Source of the DNA: a virus
Direction: 5' to 3' (one strand)
Virus record (IMG/VR): IMGVR_UViG_3300047548_001818
Span: 7,133 to 71,132 of that record
DNA: 64,000 bases
Part shown: piece by piece, positions 14,078 through 24,847 of the stretch
Layout of the letters: each line of letters starts with the position of its first letter
Numbering within the stretch: position 1 is the first letter of the stretch
The notes under the pieces: generated by a model
What the model saw: only the letters and a program-made list of their open reading frames with translations
The model's database searches: none
What the model was told of the DNA's origin: nothing
Translations under genes and position numbers: made by a program

Positions 14078-16608
14078 TGAATTTTTACACAAACGTACAA
14101 TGTATTGGCAACAACATCTTTTACCGTGGTGTTCTCGACGGTAAAAGAATCAAAACTAAGATACCTTATCAGCCAACACTTTATGAAAAATCGAGAAGTG
14201 TGAAAAACTTCACATCACTTGAGGGCGACTATCTTATGCCCATCAAGTTTGGTTCAATTCGTGAAGCAAAAGAATACCTGAGACAGTTTGAAAATGTCTC
14301 GGGTAAAACCATTTATGGTCAAAACAGATTCGAATATGCATTTATCGGTGAACAACATAAAGGTATGGTTGAATGGGATTTCGATCAAGTAATGATTGGC
14401 GTACTTGATATTGAGGTCGGCTCAGAAAATGGTTTCCCTGATCCTTATGAAGCAAATGAACCAATTACAGCCATTGCATTGAAATATGTTGGCGGTCACA
14501 TGTTTGTTTGGGGTTGCGGAGACTATAACACAAAAGGTGATGAAAGATATCTGAAGTGTAAAGATGAATATCAACTGTTGAAGCTTTTCTTGAAATTCTG
14601 GCAAGAAAAATGTCCAGATGCACTGACTGGTTGGAACACGAAGTTCTTCGACGTGCCTTATTTGGTGAACCGCATTCGTAAAATTCTCGGTGAAGATGAA
14701 GCTAAAAAGCTTTCTCCTTGGAATATGATATCTCAAAGAGAAGCCTTTGTTATGAACCGAAAACTTGTGGTTTACGACTTGGTTGGTATCGGTGATTTTG
14801 ACTACATGGAACTATACAAGTGGTATGCTCCTGGTGGTAAATCACAAGAATCGTATCGACTAGACAACATCGCAAATGTTGAAATTGGTGAAAAGAAACT
14901 CGACTATTCTGAATATGATTCTCTACATCAACTTTACAAACTAGACTATCAAAAGTTTATTGAATATAACATCAAAGACGTTGAACTGATTCTTCGACTT
15001 GATGATAAACTGAAGTTGCTGGAACTTGGTTTGACTCTTGCTTATGATACCAAAACAAATTACGATGATGTATTTGCACAAACACGCATGTGGGATGCAC
15101 TGACATACAATCATTTGATGGAGCGTAAAATTGTTGTTCCACCAAGAATCATTAAAGAGAAAGATGCCGCTTTCGAAGGTGCTTACGTTAAAGAACCTCA
15201 AGTTGGTCAACACGAATGGGTTGCAAGTTTTGACTTGAATTCTCTGTATCCTCACTTGATGATGCAATACAATATTTCACCAGAAACGTTGATTGAACCT
15301 GAAGATTATAATGAAGCAATGAGAGAAGTTCTTTCACAAGGTGTTTCTGTTGAAAAACTCTTGAACTGTCAAGTTGACACCTCAAGTTTGGTCAATGTAA
15401 CTCTCACACCGAACGGTCAATTTTTCCGCACAGATATTCAAGGCTTTCTTCCGAAGATGATGGAAGAAATGTATGAAGATCGTAAGAAATTTAAAAAGTT
15501 GATGATTCAGGCTAAGAAAGAATACGAGGTAGAAAAAGATGCATCGAAAAAATACGAAATTGAAAAGCGTATTGCCAGATACAACAATCTGCAACTCGCA
15601 AAAAAGGTCTCTCTCAATTCTGCTTATGGCGCTTTGGGTTCTCAGTATTTTAGATTTTACGACCTACGGATGGCTTTGGGTGTCACTACTGCTGGCCAGT
15701 TATCTATTCGTTGGATTGAAAATGCTCTCAACAAATACATGAACGGTCTTTTGAAGACTGAAACTGATTATGTGATTGCATCGGATACTGATTCGATTTA
15801 CTTGCGCCTTGGTGAATTGGTTAAAAAAGTGTATGGTACAAAAGATGGTATCTCTTTACCGAAAGAGAAAATTATCGACTTCATGGACAAAGTTTGTGAA
15901 GATAAAATTCAACCATTCATTGATAAGTCTTATAAAGAGTTGGCTGATTATGTACATGCATTTGCACAAAAGATGCAAATGAAACGTGAAGCTTTGGCCG
16001 ACAAAGGTATTTGGACTGCCAAAAAGCGTTACATCATGCATGTGTATGACAATGAGGGTGTTCGTTACTCTGAACCTGAAATGAAAGTCATGGGTTTGGA
16101 AATGATTAAGTCATCCACTCCTGCACCCGTGCGCGAGAAGATGAAAGATGCACTTCAAATTATGATGAAAGGTACAGAAAGTGATATTCACAATTTCATA
16201 TCTTCATTCAAGGATGAATTTAAAAATCTTGCTGTCGAAGATATTTCTTTCCCGAGAGGTATCAACGGATTGAAAGAGTATGGTGATCGAACCACAATTT
16301 ACAAAAAAGGTACACCAATTCATGTGAAAGGTGCATTACTATATAATTATTATCTACTTGAAAAAGATTTGTCAAAAAAATATCCACTGATCCAAGAAGG
16401 TGAGAAAATCAAATTTACCTATTTGAAGAAACCCAACCCCTTCAAAGATACCGTAATCTCATTTCCTGGTAGACTTCCTCCGGAATTTGACATTCAAGAA
16501 TTTATCGATTATGATATGCAATTCGAAAAAACTTTCCTTGATCCGATTAAGGTTATTTTGGATTGTATGAATTGGACAACAGAGAGAAAAAATACTCTCT
16601 TCGATTGA
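14077..16608 (+). CDS. 43: T4-type family B DNA polymerase (gp43 homologue)
   Basis: Direct colinear matches to T4 gp43. [23 protein letters not shown] vs T4 [40 protein letters not shown] and the YVIASDTDS polymerase motif C. 843 aa. Confidence 0.95.
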   Translation: [843 protein letters not shown]

Positions 16609-16619
16609 AAAGGAATAAT

Positions 16620-17672
16620 ATGAGCATACTTGAGAAAATCAAAAAAAATAGCAGCATCAAAGATTCAGCCATTCTGGCTAAATCTAAATTTTTCACTGAT
16701 AAAGATATGATTCCCACTGCCGTGCCGGCGGTAAACATTGCTTTGTCTGGACGCCTAGATGGGGGTCTAACTCCAGGTCTAACAATGTGGGCGGGACCTT
16801 CAAAGCATTTCAAAACCGCATTTTCGCTTTTGATGGCTAAATCCTATCTAGACAAATATCCAGAATCCGCACTTTTGTTTTATGATTCTGAGTTTGGTAC
16901 ACCACAAGCGTATTTCGATACGTTTGGCATTGATGCAAATCGTGTGTTACATACTCCTATCATGGATATTGAACAACTAAAATTTGACATTATGAATCAA
17001 TTAACAAATCTAGAACGGGGTGATCGTCTAATCATTGTTATTGATTCTATTGGTAACTTGGCTTCGAAAAAGGAAGTTGAAGATGCTTTGGATCAAAAAT
17101 CTGTGGCAGATATGAGTCGAGCAAAACAAGTCAAGAGTTTGTTCCGAATGGTTACACCACACTTGACAATGAAAGACATTCCAATGGTTGTTGTCAATCA
17201 TACGTATAAAGAAATTGGAATGTTCCCGAAAGATATCGTCGGTGGTGGAACCGGTTCTTATTATTCCGCCGATAACATTTTTATTCTTGGTCGTCAGCAA
17301 GAAAAAGATGGTACAGAAATTACTGGCTACAATTTTATAATCAATGTAGAAAAGTCACGCTATGTCAAAGAAAAATCTAAAATACCTGTTAATGTATCTT
17401 TTGGTGGTGGCATTAACAAGTGGTCTGGTCTACTTGATATTGCACTTGAATCTGGGCATGTTATTAAACCTAGCAATGGTTGGTATTCAAAAGTAAACAT
17501 GGAAACAGGTGAAGTTGAAGATAAAAAATATAGAGAAAAAGATACAAATACTTCCGAATTTTGGTTGCCTATCTTGAAGCAAAAATCCTTCAGAGATTTT
17601 GTTGAAACGAAATATCGTGTTACCAATTCCGAAATTATTCAAGAACAGGATGAAGAAGATGAAACCGTTTAA
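16620..17672 (+). CDS. uvsX: UvsX recombinase (RecA-like)
   Basis: Near colinear with T4 UvsX. AKSKFFTDKDMIPTAVPAVNIALSGRLDGGLTPGLTMWAGPSKHFKT vs T4 TASKFFNEKDVVRTKIPMMNIALSGEITGGMQSGLLILAGPSKSFKS. Start set at MSILEKIKK, not the longer track ORF. Confidence 0.9.
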   Translation: MSILEKIKKNSSIKDSAILAKSKFFTDKDMIPTAVPAVNIALSGRLDGGLTPGLTMWAGPSKHFKTAFSLLMAKSYLDKYPESALLFYDSEFGTPQAYFDTFGIDANRVLHTPIMDIEQLKFDIMNQLTNLERGDRLIIVIDSIGNLASKKEVEDALDQKSVADMSRAKQVKSLFRMVTPHLTMKDIPMVVVNHTYKEIGMFPKDIVGGGTGSYYSADNIFILGRQQEKDGTEITGYNFIINVEKSRYVKEKSKIPVNVSFGGGINKWSGLLDIALESGHVIKPSNGWYSKVNMETGEVEDKKYREKDTNTSEFWLPILKQKSFRDFVETKYRVTNSEIIQEQDEEDETV

Positions 17673-17991
17673 GGAAGGTGTTGACTTTGTTTACGAAATT
17701 CCAAAGACAGAAGATACAACAGTTGGAATTAAAATTATCAGAGGAGAATATTCTGATACCATTTACCAATATGGTAAAGTGAAATTTGAAGAAGAGTCTG
17801 ATGGTGCCATTTATCTGAGATTCGTTTATAATGTCTTAGAATCTCCTTTAGATAAGGAGGAACTAGAAAAGAGTTCGCAGTTCAAAGACTATATCGGCGA
17901 TATTCTAGTTAATATTATCTCAGCAAATTTGGACAAAGGATTGATTGATGAGGCTGGAACAGACTATTCTGAAGAACCTGATTCACAATGA
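17650..17991 (+). CDS. hypothetical acidic protein between uvsX and the helicase gene
   Basis: ORF with internal start candidates at 17650 and 17659. Overlaps the gp41 start by about 47 nt. No motif recognised. Confidence 0.35.
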   Translation: MKKMKPFKEGVDFVYEIPKTEDTTVGIKIIRGEYSDTIYQYGKVKFEEESDGAIYLRFVYNVLESPLDKEELEKSSQFKDYIGDILVNIISANLDKGLIDEAGTDYSEEPDSQ

Positions 17992-19348
17992 GGAATTTTT
18001 GAGGAAAGTTTTACCTTTCCTCAAAGAGGATTATTTCAATGATCGAACAGAAAAAGTTATTTTTAAAGAAATAACTGAGTTCACAAATCAATATAATAAT
18101 TCACCAACAACGGAAGCTTTGGGTTTATCTCTGAAAGATAAGCGCAATCTAACAAGCGATGAGGTTGAAAAATGTGATGCCGTTCTAAAAGATTTGGCAA
18201 TTGCACCGGTCGAAAAAACACAAATTCAATGGTTGATTGATAAGACGGAAAAATTTTGCCAAGAAAAGGCAATTTACAATGCAGTTCTGGGTTCAATTTC
18301 TATTCTAGACGGTAAAGATAAAAGTCAAGACAAAGGTTCTATTCCTAAAATTTTGTCAGATGCACTTGCTGTCAGTTTCGATTCGTCGGTCGGTCATGAT
18401 TATTTGGAAGATTATGATGAGCGTTATGATTTTTATCATCGAAAAGAGGAAAGAATTCCTTTTGATTTGGAATACTTCAATAAGATAACCAAGGGTGGAT
18501 TGCCTGCGAAGACTTTGAATATTGCTCTTGCTGGTACTGGTGTTGGTAAATCTCTTTTCATGTGTCATGTTGCCGCAGGTTGTATGACACAAGGTAAAAA
18601 TGTATTGTATATTACACTTGAAATGGCTGAAGAGAAAATTGCCGAGAGGATTGATGCGAACCTACTGAATGTTTCCGTCGATGATCTTATGCAATTGACT
18701 AAAGATATGTATGATAAAAAAGTCAAGCGTGTCAAAGAAATGACGACAGGTAAACTTATTATCAAAGAGTATCCAACAGCCTCGGCTTCGTCCATACATT
18801 TTAGGACACTTTTAAATGAACTCAACCTCAAAAGGAACTTTGTTCCGGACATTATTTTCATTGACTATCTTAATATTTGTTGTAGTGCAAGAATCAAAGC
18901 CGGAGCAAACGTTAATTCTTACACCTACGTTAAAGCCATCGCCGAAGAATTGCGAGGTCTTGCGGTTGAATTCGGAGTACCAATTGTTTCTGCGACACAA
19001 ACAACAAGAAGTGGTTATACTTCTTCAGACCCAGGATTGGAAGACACAAGTGAATCTTTTGGTTTGCCAGCAACCGCAGATTTGATGTTTGCACTCATTT
19101 CTTCCGAAGAAATGGAAGCACTCAATCAAATTATGGTCAAGCAGTTGAAGAATCGTTATTCTGATCCAACACAATACAAAAGATTCGTCTTGGGTATTGA
19201 CAGGTCGAAAATGAGACTATATGATGTTGAACAGGATGCACAATATGGTATTGCGGATTCTGGTAAACAAGTGCAGGACAAACCTTTAAACACATTTGGA
19301 ATGAGGGAAATGAAGCCGAAAAATAAATTTGCAGGAATTAAAGTATAA
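17945..19348 (+). CDS. 41: DnaB-like replicative helicase (T4 gp41 homologue)
   Basis: N-terminus and Walker region align with T4 gp41. NKITKGGLPAKTLNIALAGTGVGKSL vs T4 NKITKGGAETGTLNVLMAGVNVGKSL. YITLEMAEEKIAERIDANLL vs YISMEMAEEVCAKRIDANML. Confidence 0.9.
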   Translation: MMRLEQTILKNLIHNEEFLRKVLPFLKEDYFNDRTEKVIFKEITEFTNQYNNSPTTEALGLSLKDKRNLTSDEVEKCDAVLKDLAIAPVEKTQIQWLIDKTEKFCQEKAIYNAVLGSISILDGKDKSQDKGSIPKILSDALAVSFDSSVGHDYLEDYDERYDFYHRKEERIPFDLEYFNKITKGGLPAKTLNIALAGTGVGKSLFMCHVAAGCMTQGKNVLYITLEMAEEKIAERIDANLLNVSVDDLMQLTKDMYDKKVKRVKEMTTGKLIIKEYPTASASSIHFRTLLNELNLKRNFVPDIIFIDYLNICCSARIKAGANVNSYTYVKAIAEELRGLAVEFGVPIVSATQTTRSGYTSSDPGLEDTSESFGLPATADLMFALISSEEMEALNQIMVKQLKNRYSDPTQYKRFVLGIDRSKMRLYDVEQDAQYGIADSGKQVQDKPLNTFGMREMKPKNKFAGIKV

Positions 19349-19369
19349 ATACTTTAATTTAGGGGTATT

Positions 19370-20119
19370 ATGGCTGCACAACAAGGTTTTCAATATGAAG
19401 TGAACGCCGCCAATGTTTTGAAACCTTTAGGATTGGTACCAAAAACATTTGTGCCAGCCGGTGCGGGCCACGATCAACCCGATTTAATGCTGGAATATAA
19501 AAAAATTAAGGCAGGTTGTGAATTAAAAATTACAGCAGCATCAGCCGGTTCTTTGGTTTTAAAATATGATTCGAAGGACAAAAAGAACCCCTGGAAATTT
19601 GGTGACATAAAGAAAGATGATGATGAAAAAATATTCATAAAGGAATTGGCAGAAGAAGTTGGCCTTTTTGATATTATCAAAAAGGAATGGAAAGAAATAC
19701 CCTTTAAAAGAGATAAAGACCTTTTATGGGAATCGACAGCAGGAAAACTAACTAATCAACAAAGATACGAAAGAGATAGGGACACATTTCCTGATATACG
19801 CGGTGAAATAAAAGCAGAAAAAATTGAACAATATTACAACAAAAAAGACACATATTATGTAAATGTGGGTACACACGGCTTTTACATGATGGGAAAAAAG
19901 AATCCATTAAAATTGAAGAATGTACCTACATTCGCATCAGCAGCAAAAGCCACATATCGAGCGAGAGTTCAATATAAAGGAGGAGGTAATTATCAATTTA
20001 CTTTTGAGATGCAATTTTCTATTCCTGCTGCCAAAAAATCAAAATTTAATATTGCACCAGTTGACGGTAAAACCGTCAACATAAAAAAAGATCAATTAAA
20101 TTTAACCTGTTTCATTTAA
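19370..20119 (+). CDS. hypothetical protein (249 aa)
   Basis: ORF with an AGGGG RBS. Lys-rich. No recognisable motif. Not ThyA/gp42-like. Confidence 0.45.
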   Translation: MAAQQGFQYEVNAANVLKPLGLVPKTFVPAGAGHDQPDLMLEYKKIKAGCELKITAASAGSLVLKYDSKDKKNPWKFGDIKKDDDEKIFIKELAEEVGLFDIIKKEWKEIPFKRDKDLLWESTAGKLTNQQRYERDRDTFPDIRGEIKAEKIEQYYNKKDTYYVNVGTHGFYMMGKKNPLKLKNVPTFASAAKATYRARVQYKGGGNYQFTFEMQFSIPAAKKSKFNIAPVDGKTVNIKKDQLNLTCFI

Positions 20120-20120
20120 T

Positions 20121-20402
20121 ATGCCATTAGACCTAAACATAGAAAAAATTCTCAAAGAATTTGATGAAGACGACGACTTCGGTTTTTCTGCCGTTTCTGA
20201 AGTTGAGTACAATAAAGTTATTAATGAATCTGCCGAAACGGCAGAAGCATACAAAGCTAAATTGGCTGAAGTTGAAAAACTTATCATACCCTTCTTAACC
20301 AAACTTTTGAAGACAGCCGACAAAGAATATATATACTGGCCAAATAGAAAACCAGCAATCGAAAAACAAATTGAAAAGATATTGAAACTGACTCGGAGTT
20401 AA
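20121..20402 (+). CDS. small acidic hypothetical protein (93 aa)
   Basis: ORF tightly packed between neighbours. Confidence 0.4.
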   Translation: MPLDLNIEKILKEFDEDDDFGFSAVSEVEYNKVINESAETAEAYKAKLAEVEKLIIPFLTKLLKTADKEYIYWPNRKPAIEKQIEKILKLTRS

Positions 20403-20403
20403 T

Positions 20404-21135
20404 ATGAATCCTTTGGTGACGGTCATAACGCCAACTACGGCAAGTGACCAATTGCATGATGTATTGAAATCAATAGATAAACAAACATATCAAAACATTC
20501 AACACTTGGTTGTTGTAGATGGTTTTGACAAGTATGGCGTAAAAGCCACACAAATAATGGAAGGCGCAAAACGATCCACTGCTTTTGCACTTCCTCACAA
20601 TACCGGTTATGACCAATACAACGGTCATAGAATATATGGTGCAATGTCATATATTGCAGAAGGTGAGTTCCTCTGCTTTCTGGATCAAGACAACTGGTAC
20701 GAAGATACACACATAGAGTCTCTGGTTGAAGTAATTCGCCAAGGAAATCAATGGGCATATTCTCTAAGAAAAATTGTTTCACAAGAAGGAACATTCATTT
20801 GTAATGATGATTGTGAATCTCTTGGTAAATGGAAATCTATTCTAAATGACAATTTTGTGGACGTTAATTGTTTCATGATTCCTAAAATGGCAGCAATTGC
20901 ATTTTCACCATACTGGTATCGTAGAGCTAGACACCCACAAGAACAACCAGAAGTTGATAGAATTTTATCGGCATTTATGATGCAAAATTTTAAAAAATTT
21001 GACACAAATGGTCAATATAGTGTAAACTATCGTGTAGCAAGTAGAGCAGATTCTGTACAAGATGTATTCTTCATTAAAGGTAATGAAGTGATGAAACAAA
21101 ATATGAATGGAGAATTTCCGTGGCGAAAGACTTAA
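20404..21135 (+). CDS. family 2 (GT-A fold) glycosyltransferase
   Basis: N-terminal VTVITPTTASDQL...SIDKQTY..VVVDG and the DxD-type LDQDN motif are typical of GT2 enzymes. Confidence 0.6.
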   Translation: MNPLVTVITPTTASDQLHDVLKSIDKQTYQNIQHLVVVDGFDKYGVKATQIMEGAKRSTAFALPHNTGYDQYNGHRIYGAMSYIAEGEFLCFLDQDNWYEDTHIESLVEVIRQGNQWAYSLRKIVSQEGTFICNDDCESLGKWKSILNDNFVDVNCFMIPKMAAIAFSPYWYRRARHPQEQPEVDRILSAFMMQNFKKFDTNGQYSVNYRVASRADSVQDVFFIKGNEVMKQNMNGEFPWRKT

Positions 21136-21998
21136 TTATAGGTGCATATACAAATTATGAATTCAATTTATTGAAACCTTGGATTTATTCCATCAAACAA
21201 ACCGACTTCGATGGTGATATTGTTTTAATTGCCATTGATCCAGACGAAAACACCGTAAAACAAATAGAAGATGCTGGTGTAATAGTAGTTAAGGCTAGAA
21301 ACGAACAAAAAATGAGAATTCATATGTTGCGTTTCTTGTACATATACAATTATCTAAAACACACAGATTATCGTTTCGTTATCACGACAGATGTTCGTGA
21401 TGTTATCTTTCAGAACAATCCGACAAAATATCTTTACACAACATTTGGTAGCAAATCAAAAGGTATCATTGCACAATCTGAGGCAATTAAAATTAAAGAT
21501 GAAGCCTGGAATCGTGATAATATCATTAAAAATTTTGGAGAATATTTTTACAATGATGTAAAGGACAATGAAGTATATAATGTTGGTCTGCTTGCTGGAA
21601 CTGCCGAATATGTTAAAGATTTATGTTTTGCTTTGTTTCAAATGTCAAGCAATCGTCCAGATTGGGTCGCCGACCAGGCAGCATACAATATGTTATTGAG
21701 TTATAAACCCTGGTCCGATATTGCAATAAAACTAAAGCTTGAAGATGGTTGGGCTTTGAATGCACACGTAACAAACAAGCCAGATCAAATGCAAGAATTT
21801 GGTCCTTATTTGTTGGAAGAAAGACCGTATATGAAAGATGGTGTGGTTTTTAATGCACAAGGAAAACCATTTACGATTGTACACCAGTATGATAGGGTTC
21901 CAGAGTGGACTATTTATTATATGGAAAAATTTCAATTTTCTATCAAATCGGACACCAATACCGGCAGTTCACCTAAATACTTCATCTACAATACATAA
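21120..21998 (+). CDS. putative nucleotide-sugar-dependent glycosyltransferase (292 aa)
   Basis: Placement in the glycan cluster. No firm motif match. Assignment is tentative. Confidence 0.3.
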   Translation: MAKDLIIGAYTNYEFNLLKPWIYSIKQTDFDGDIVLIAIDPDENTVKQIEDAGVIVVKARNEQKMRIHMLRFLYIYNYLKHTDYRFVITTDVRDVIFQNNPTKYLYTTFGSKSKGIIAQSEAIKIKDEAWNRDNIIKNFGEYFYNDVKDNEVYNVGLLAGTAEYVKDLCFALFQMSSNRPDWVADQAAYNMLLSYKPWSDIAIKLKLEDGWALNAHVTNKPDQMQEFGPYLLEERPYMKDGVVFNAQGKPFTIVHQYDRVPEWTIYYMEKFQFSIKSDTNTGSSPKYFIYNT

Positions 21999-22016
21999 TT
22001 TTATAAATATGAGGCT

Positions 22017-22853
22017 TTGAATATGAGCAAAATTTCTATCGTAACCGCTTTCTATGACATTGGCCGAAGTGATTGGTCGATGGATGTACACAAAAATGGT
22101 GGTCCACTTCCACACTATTTACAAAGATCGACAGAAAAATATATCGAGCATTTCAAACGAATGTGCGAGATTGATACTGAAATCATTGTTTACACATCCT
22201 CTGATCTAGCATCAAAACTCGGTGAGATTTCACCGAATGTTAAAGTTGTCGAATATGACTACTTTAATATACATAAAGAACTCCGTGACAAGATTGAAGA
22301 AATACAAACATCACCTGAGTTCATAAAAAGAATAAATCCATATCAAGTAAGAAATCCCGAATACTGGTCAAAAGACTATGTTGGTGTAACATCACTAAAG
22401 GCTTTCTATGTGAGTGATGCTTTTGAGCGTGGGTTAATCACCAATGAATGGGCTGCCTGGGTTGACTTTGGTTATTGTCGTGATGCAGAACATATTCCAA
22501 AAACCAAAAAATGGGAATATGATTTCACACCAGGTAAAATGCACTTCTTTAACTATCGTGATCCGGACATTAATAAGAAACTTGAACAAATCCAGCTTGC
22601 GGTATTAAACAATATCGTCTATATCATCGGCGGTGTTTTTGTTGGTGAAAAAACACAATGGAAGATGCTTGAAGATAGTATGAGCAAATCAATGGAATTT
22701 TTAATGTACAACAAGCTCGTTGATGATGACCAAGGTCTTCTATTGAGTTCATATTTTATGAATCCAGAAATGTATGAATTGCATAAAATGCCATTAGTTG
22801 CTCCAATTGAAGATGTTAGATCCATAATTAAGAAGTTTAATAATCATGAATAA
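22017..22853 (+). CDS. HtrL/YibB-like putative polysaccharide-biosynthesis glycosyltransferase
   Basis: N-terminal SIVTAFYDIGRSDW is the hallmark of the HtrL/YibB family as I recall it. Confidence 0.4.
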   Translation: MNMSKISIVTAFYDIGRSDWSMDVHKNGGPLPHYLQRSTEKYIEHFKRMCEIDTEIIVYTSSDLASKLGEISPNVKVVEYDYFNIHKELRDKIEEIQTSPEFIKRINPYQVRNPEYWSKDYVGVTSLKAFYVSDAFERGLITNEWAAWVDFGYCRDAEHIPKTKKWEYDFTPGKMHFFNYRDPDINKKLEQIQLAVLNNIVYIIGGVFVGEKTQWKMLEDSMSKSMEFLMYNKLVDDDQGLLLSSYFMNPEMYELHKMPLVAPIEDVRSIIKKFNNHE

Positions 22854-24231
22854 ATTAGTAATTTTTGACCTTGATGGTGTATTAATTGATTCTAGAGAAA
22901 TACACTATGATGCATTAAATGATGCTCTGAGAAAAGTGGGTGAACAATATGTCATTTCTAGAGAAGAACATTTAAGCTTATACGATGGTTTAAATACGAC
23001 TAGAAAACTTAAGATGTTGACCGAAAAAAAAGGTTTACCTGTTTCTGAATATGATAAGATTTGGTCTGACAAGCAAGAAGCAACATTCACTATTGTTAGA
23101 GGTTTCAATAAAGAATATTGGTTACAAACCATGTTCAGAAAAATAAAAGCAAGAGGATATAAAATTGCTGTTGCTTCGAATTCAATTCGTGAGACAGTAA
23201 AATTGTCTCTTATAAGTATTGGGCTAATTGAAGAAGTTGATTATTTTGTTAGCAATGAGGATGTAAGTAGAGCAAAGCCATATCCCGAAATGTATTGGAA
23301 ATGCATGACAGCTTTGAATGCTTTACCCAAAAATACTATCATTGTCGAAGATAGTCACATCGGCCGACAAGGTGCTTTAGATTCTGGCGCACATTTATTA
23401 CCAGTTGAAAACGCACAAGAAGTTAACAGTGAAAATATGATGCAAAGGATTTATGACCTTATGAATACAATTGAAGGAACAAGTAAAAAATCTCTACCTT
23501 GGAGAGATAACAAACTAAACGTTTTGATTCCAATGGCTGGCGCAGGCTCACGTTTTTCTACTGCCGGTTATACTTTTCCAAAACCACTTATTGAAGTTCG
23601 CGGTAAACCAATGATTCAAGTTGTTGTCGAAAACTTGAATATTGAAGCTAACTACATTTTCTTAGTACAAAAAGAACACTATGAAAAATATAACTTGAAG
23701 TATCTTCTGAATCTAATTGCTCCAAATTGTAAGATTGTGCAAGTAGATGGTCTAACAGAAGGTGCAGCTTGTACGACTTTATTGGCAAAAGAATATATTG
23801 ATAATGATGCGCCTCTAGTCATGGCAAATTCGGATCAATACGTTGATTGGAATTCTAATGAATGCATGTACGCTTTCTCAGCAGATTCTATTGATGGTGG
23901 CATTCTAACATTTGAAGCAACGCATCCGAAATGGTCTTATGCAAAACTTGATGAGAATGGATTTGTTTCTGAAGTTGCAGAGAAGAAAGTTATTTCCAAT
24001 AATGCAACAGTTGGCATTTATTACTGGCGTCACGGTTCAGACTATGTTAAATATGCTGAACAGATGATTAAAAAAGATATTCGCGTTAACAATGAATTTT
24101 ATGTTTGTCCCGTTTTCAATGAAGCGATTGGTGACGGTAAAAAAATTCGTGTTAAAAATGTTGAAGCTATGTGGGGTATTGGAACCCCAGAAGATTTAAA
24201 TTATTTTTTGAGCAATCACAAGGAAGATTAA
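22846..24231 (+). CDS. bifunctional HAD-superfamily phosphatase/phosphomutase plus sugar-1-phosphate nucleotidyltransferase
   Basis: N-terminus LVIFDLDGVLIDS is HAD motif I. C-terminal half VLIPMAGAGSRFSTAGYTFPKPLIEVRGKPMI matches the G-x-G-x-R...K-P-x-I signature of RmlA/GlmU-type NTP transferases. Confidence 0.65.
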   Translation: MNKLVIFDLDGVLIDSREIHYDALNDALRKVGEQYVISREEHLSLYDGLNTTRKLKMLTEKKGLPVSEYDKIWSDKQEATFTIVRGFNKEYWLQTMFRKIKARGYKIAVASNSIRETVKLSLISIGLIEEVDYFVSNEDVSRAKPYPEMYWKCMTALNALPKNTIIVEDSHIGRQGALDSGAHLLPVENAQEVNSENMMQRIYDLMNTIEGTSKKSLPWRDNKLNVLIPMAGAGSRFSTAGYTFPKPLIEVRGKPMIQVVVENLNIEANYIFLVQKEHYEKYNLKYLLNLIAPNCKIVQVDGLTEGAACTTLLAKEYIDNDAPLVMANSDQYVDWNSNECMYAFSADSIDGGILTFEATHPKWSYAKLDENGFVSEVAEKKVISNNATVGIYYWRHGSDYVKYAEQMIKKDIRVNNEFYVCPVFNEAIGDGKKIRVKNVEAMWGIGTPEDLNYFLSNHKED

Positions 24232-24232
24232 A

Positions 24233-24847
24233 ATGAAATATTTTTTTGATGTTGGAGCACACTGGGGACAAGACTCTCTACATATTGCAAAAGATGACCC
24301 AGATACTACAGTTATTGCTTTTGAGCCAACGCCGGAGTTAGCTTCTAGATTGAGGTGGATTGCCAAAGAAGGGAAATTTGAAAGCCGCTATAAAGTATAT
24401 CAGCAAGCAATTTCAGATTTTGATGGTGAATCAGATTTTCATCTTGTTGTCGGTGATACCGGTTCGGCCTCTCTTAACGAATTCAATGACAATCTACATC
24501 AAACTTGGCCAGGTAGAACAGACTTTGTTGTTAGAGGCTCAATCAAAGTAAATGTATACAGACTCGAAACGTGGCTGCCTTTGTTTGCACCGGAAGTAAC
24601 AGAAATTGAACATTTACATATTGATGCTCAAGGCTCCGATTTAGCAGTTTTAAGAGGTCTAGGTTCCAAACTCTCGATGGTGAAATCTGGTGTCGTTGAA
24701 GTGCCACAAGCTGCTGCTTTACGACTGTATAAGGGTCAACACACGAAAGAAGAAACTCTCCAATTTTTGGAAGAGAATGGTTTCGAAGTTACAAATGTGA
24801 CTTCACAGGTTAATGAGGATAATATTTTCTTTCAGAGAAAAAAATGA
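24233..24847 (+). CDS. FkbM-family SAM-dependent methyltransferase
   Basis: FDVGAHWGQDSL...VIAFEP resembles the FkbM family glycine-rich SAM-binding start. Confidence 0.5.
   Translation: MKYFFDVGAHWGQDSLHIAKDDPDTTVIAFEPTPELASRLRWIAKEGKFESRYKVYQQAISDFDGESDFHLVVGDTGSASLNEFNDNLHQTWPGRTDFVVRGSIKVNVYRLETWLPLFAPEVTEIEHLHIDAQGSDLAVLRGLGSKLSMVKSGVVEVPQAAALRLYKGQHTKEETLQFLEENGFEVTNVTSQVNEDNIFFQRKK

Noticed and set aside
19370-20119. Candidate dCMP hydroxymethylase (T4 gene 42) at the syntenic position
   Set aside because: No ThyA-fold motifs and no similarity to the T4 gp42 sequence on inspection. Left as hypothetical.
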